In this document: positions 18,292 to 20,000 of the stretch, in pieces
Numbering within the stretch: position 1 is the first letter of the stretch
How the letters are laid out: the number at the start of each line of letters is the position of its first letter
Source: an uncultured virus (IMG/VR IMGVR_UViG_3300020197_000012)
Taxonomy: Duplodnaviria; Heunggongvirae; Uroviricota; Caudoviricetes
Direction: 5' to 3' (one strand)
Virus record (IMG/VR): IMGVR_UViG_3300020197_000012
Length of the DNA stretch: 20,000 nt
Notes under the pieces: model-generated
Database searches by the model: none
The model's input: only the letters and a program-made list of their open reading frames with translations
What the model was told of the DNA's origin: nothing
Program-made: the position numbers and the translations under genes

Positions 18292-18340
18292 ATCTTACAG
18301 CATGGGAGGGGCGGTGAGCCCCTCTGTAACAAACCGTTAC
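18292..18340 (-). promoter_or_regulatory. Promoter with -10 TAAGAT and an upstream HLR1-like direct repeat
   Basis: GTAACG-N4-GTTACA-27 nt-TAAGAT; shares CCATGCTGTA with the promoter at 18865-18913. Confidence 0.55.
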
Positions 18341-18666
18341 GCTTGGGCGTTACGGTTCTGTGCCCAAAAGTACAGCCGCTCACTGCTAGCACGACAGAAC
18401 ACACGGTCCTGCGGCTTGTCGGCAACCTTAGCCCGACCGCAAGCGGCAGCAGCCACCATCAGGGCGGTGCGGGCGGCATCCGCTTTACCCTTAGCCTCGT
18501 TGTAAGCCATCAACAGCGCCATGGCTTCGTAGCGTCGCAGTTGACGGGGCTGAGCTATCACGCCGTCGGCAAGATCCAAGCGGTTAAGCTCAGCGATAAA
18601 GCCACTGTCGGCGGGCACATAGCCCAGTTGACGGGCGATGCGGTTGCGAAGTTGGAATCGGGTCAT
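18337..18666 (-). CDS. Early hypothetical protein (109 aa)
   Basis: ATG downstream of the promoter at 18710-18737; Ala/Arg-rich, probably helical; same orientation as neighbours. Confidence 0.65.
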   Translation of the reverse strand: MTRFQLRNRIARQLGYVPADSGFIAELNRLDLADGVIAQPRQLRRYEAMALLMAYNEAKGKADAARTALMVAAAACGRAKVADKPQDRVFCRASSERLYFWAQNRNAQA

Positions 18667-18709
18667 TACCAGTAGAACGGAAGGGAATCAGGTTACCTCC
18701 GTTGCCCGT

Positions 18710-18737
18710 ATCCTACAGGATCACCAGCCCGCCGCAA
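18710..18737 (-). promoter_or_regulatory. Sigma70-type promoter (weak consensus)
   Basis: TTGCGG-16 nt-TAGGAT. Confidence 0.5.
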
Positions 18738-18748
18738 CCACCCAAACG

Positions 18749-18785
18749 ATCAGGGTATCTTATAAGTCTGATCAGGGATTCTGAT
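18749..18785. promoter_or_regulatory. Tandem palindromic operator-like sites ATCAG-N5-CT(T/G)AT
   Basis: Sites at 18749-18763 and 18771-18785 (22-bp period), between divergent promoters. Confidence 0.6.
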
Positions 18786-18796
18786 GGGTCAGGGGC

Positions 18797-18825
18797 TTGA
18801 CAGGAGCCCCAGCCGCCCCTAGACT
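18797..18825 (+). promoter_or_regulatory. Sigma70-type promoter with no downstream ORF
   Basis: TTGACA-17 nt-TAGACT, with the same hexamers as the promoter at 17827-17855. Confidence 0.7.
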
Positions 18826-18864
18826 GTAGGGGGGTGAGGGAGGGAAGCTATAAGAACTCCTAAT

Positions 18865-18913
18865 GTTACAAAGTGTTGCAACGGCTTGCCATGGGGCTGC
18901 CATGCTGTATAAT
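18865..18913 (+). promoter_or_regulatory. Sigma70-type promoter with HLR1-like direct repeat
   Basis: GTTACAAA-gt-GTTGCAAC, then TTGCCA-16 nt-TATAAT. Confidence 0.7.
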
Positions 18914-18926
18914 ATGGGCACAACCA

Positions 18927-18977
18927 GCAGAGGGGTGGGGTAGCCCTGTAGATGATAATGATCGTAACCTCTCCTGC
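18927..18977 (+). ncRNA. Candidate small structured RNA
   Basis: Starts 13 nt after TATAAT. The outer stem GCAG-AGGGGT/ACCTCT-C-CTGC encloses two mini-hairpins, and no ORF follows. Confidence 0.4.
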
Positions 18978-19047
18978 AATAAATTATAAGAACTGAGTTC
19001 TTTATACTTAAGACCCTTACAGTTCTTCACTCAATCCCCCCTCAATT

Positions 19048-19082
19048 CTGAACTAGATTCTTATCACAAACTGAACTAGATT
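19048..19082 (+). repeat. 12-bp direct repeat CTGAACTAGATT x2
   Basis: Copies at 19048-19059 and 19071-19082 (23-bp period) in an AT-rich intergenic tract. Confidence 0.8.
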
Positions 19083-19084
19083 AA

Positions 19085-19115
19085 AGTATAAAAAAGCCCC
19101 CCTAAGTTGGAGGGC
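19085..19115 (-). terminator. Rho-independent terminator
   Basis: GCCCTCCaacttaGGGGGGC followed by TTTTTTATACT, 7 nt after the stop at 19123. Confidence 0.8.
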
Positions 19116-19122
19116 ATTTGTA

Positions 19123-19794
19123 TCAACCAACGATCTGATTGACTGTCTTTTTTGCAACGCCATGTGCGGGGAACGCTATAATGAACTCACGGTCAGATTG
19201 TTGACACAAACCACAGGTGGAACAGTTTACATCGTCGTGAAGAGTTGCAGGGCAGGTGATAACTTTACGACCCGATTCTGTGCGGTAGAATCTATCGGTC
19301 TTTTCAGAGTTTACAACAGCAACAGCAGGAATGCCGTGATCTGTCATAACTTGATCGGCAACTTCTACCGATTCAGTGCTAACGTTTACAGCGAATCCTG
19401 CAGCGTTAGCATACTTAATTACACCCAAGTTTGTATCAGTCAGAGGGTGGTGAGTGTAAGTGTAACCTTTACGCCCACGGTTAGCATCAACCAACTGTGC
19501 AACTTTGTCACCGTCGATGATACCATCAGCGACAACTGGTAGATCCCCAGATACATTGTGCCGCCACAATTGCCCACGTTGAAGTTTACGAATGAGAGAC
19601 AAAAATGCCTGCCATTCATAACCACGTTCGCCTGCACTGATGGCGTTCCAGTGTATATTCTGGGGGCCGCCCTTAGCATAGCATCCCTTGTCATAAAATG
19701 GACAGCCAGTCCAACAAGTTTCCTTTGCACTTGTTGTTGTTGGAATGCTGCCAGTCTTACGGTTAGAACTAACAGCAGTGAATCCGAATAGCAT
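19123..19794 (-). CDS. Cys-rich phage protein, Gp88/DUF7227-like (radical-SAM-like fold suspected)
   Basis: SSNRKTG...TCWTGCPFYDKGCYA...WRHNVSGD...YTYTH...VNVS...CPA...CSTCGLC...IAFPAHG; has its own promoter and terminator. Confidence 0.75.
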   Translation of the reverse strand: MLFGFTAVSSNRKTGSIPTTTSAKETCWTGCPFYDKGCYAKGGPQNIHWNAISAGERGYEWQAFLSLIRKLQRGQLWRHNVSGDLPVVADGIIDGDKVAQLVDANRGRKGYTYTHHPLTDTNLGVIKYANAAGFAVNVSTESVEVADQVMTDHGIPAVAVVNSEKTDRFYRTESGRKVITCPATLHDDVNCSTCGLCQQSDREFIIAFPAHGVAKKTVNQIVG

Positions 19795-19817
19795 TGGAAT
19801 GCCTCAGCAACTCCCAT

Positions 19818-19846
19818 AGAATGCCACGGATCCCCGCCAGAGTCAA
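19818..19846 (-). promoter_or_regulatory. Sigma70-type early promoter
   Basis: TTGACT-17 nt-CATTCT with a TGn extension, 23 nt upstream of the ATG at 19794. Confidence 0.7.
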
Positions 19847-19881
19847 CCTCTGAATGATCAGCGTTTCTTATCAGTTGGGGA

Positions 19882-19925
19882 GAGTCTTATAAGGAAAGCT
19901 ATGATCAGCAATCCTTATAAGACTC
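19882..19925. repeat. Perfect 14-bp inverted repeat
   Basis: GAGTCTTATAAGGA (19882-19895) / TCCTTATAAGACTC (19912-19925), with a 16-nt loop. Confidence 0.85.
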
Positions 19926-19954
19926 ATTGGACTCATTACAATACCTTATGAGTC

Positions 19955-19983
19955 TTGACTGGAGGGCAATTCTATGTCATTAT
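19955..19983 (+). promoter_or_regulatory. Sigma70-type promoter, divergent partner of 19818-19846
   Basis: TTGACT-17 nt-CATTAT with a TGn extension; its target lies beyond the window. Confidence 0.55.
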
Positions 19984-20000
19984 CGGCAAACCATTCCTCA

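Noticed and set aside
18326..18340. NtcA site (GTA-N8-TAC)
   Set aside because: Spacing is N9, and the HLR1-like direct repeat explains the sequence better.
18017..19817. Track ORFs at 18017, 18284, 18343, 19162, 19440, 19558 and the long form 18078-18425
   Set aside because: They overlap real genes, promoters or terminators in a GC-rich region where spurious ORFs are common.
1..20000. tRNA genes, introns/inteins, homing endonucleases, integrase, stop-codon reassignment
   Set aside because: No cloverleaf, LAGLIDADG/HNH/GIY-YIG or recombinase motifs were seen, and genes read normally in the standard code. This was a by-eye inspection only.

Overview
This window is a fragment of a T4-like cyanomyovirus-type phage genome, mostly on the minus strand. 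The AT-rich left part is a baseplate module: a giant gp7-type wedge/structural gene (>3068 aa, runs off the left edge and is missing from the ORF track), gp6 and gp25. Small conserved-looking genes and a glycosyltransferase-like gene follow. The middle (13.4-17.4 kb) is a convergent, late-promoter-driven cluster of probable capsid-internal proteins. Three tandem genes start with a T4 IP-like capsid targeting sequence MKT(F/Y)xxFxxE, one carrying a PARP-like ADP-ribosyltransferase motif set. They face a 714-aa modular protein punctuated by repeated PEGEQ(L/I)DE motifs that resemble prohead-protease cleavage sites. The right end (>17.8 kb) is a GC-richer early-type region with many sigma70 promoters, LysR-like AT(A/C)AG-N5-CT(G/T)AT palindromes, HLR1-like direct repeats, a candidate structured ncRNA or origin, and a Cys-rich Gp88-like gene. 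All family assignments come from motif recognition, not database searches.
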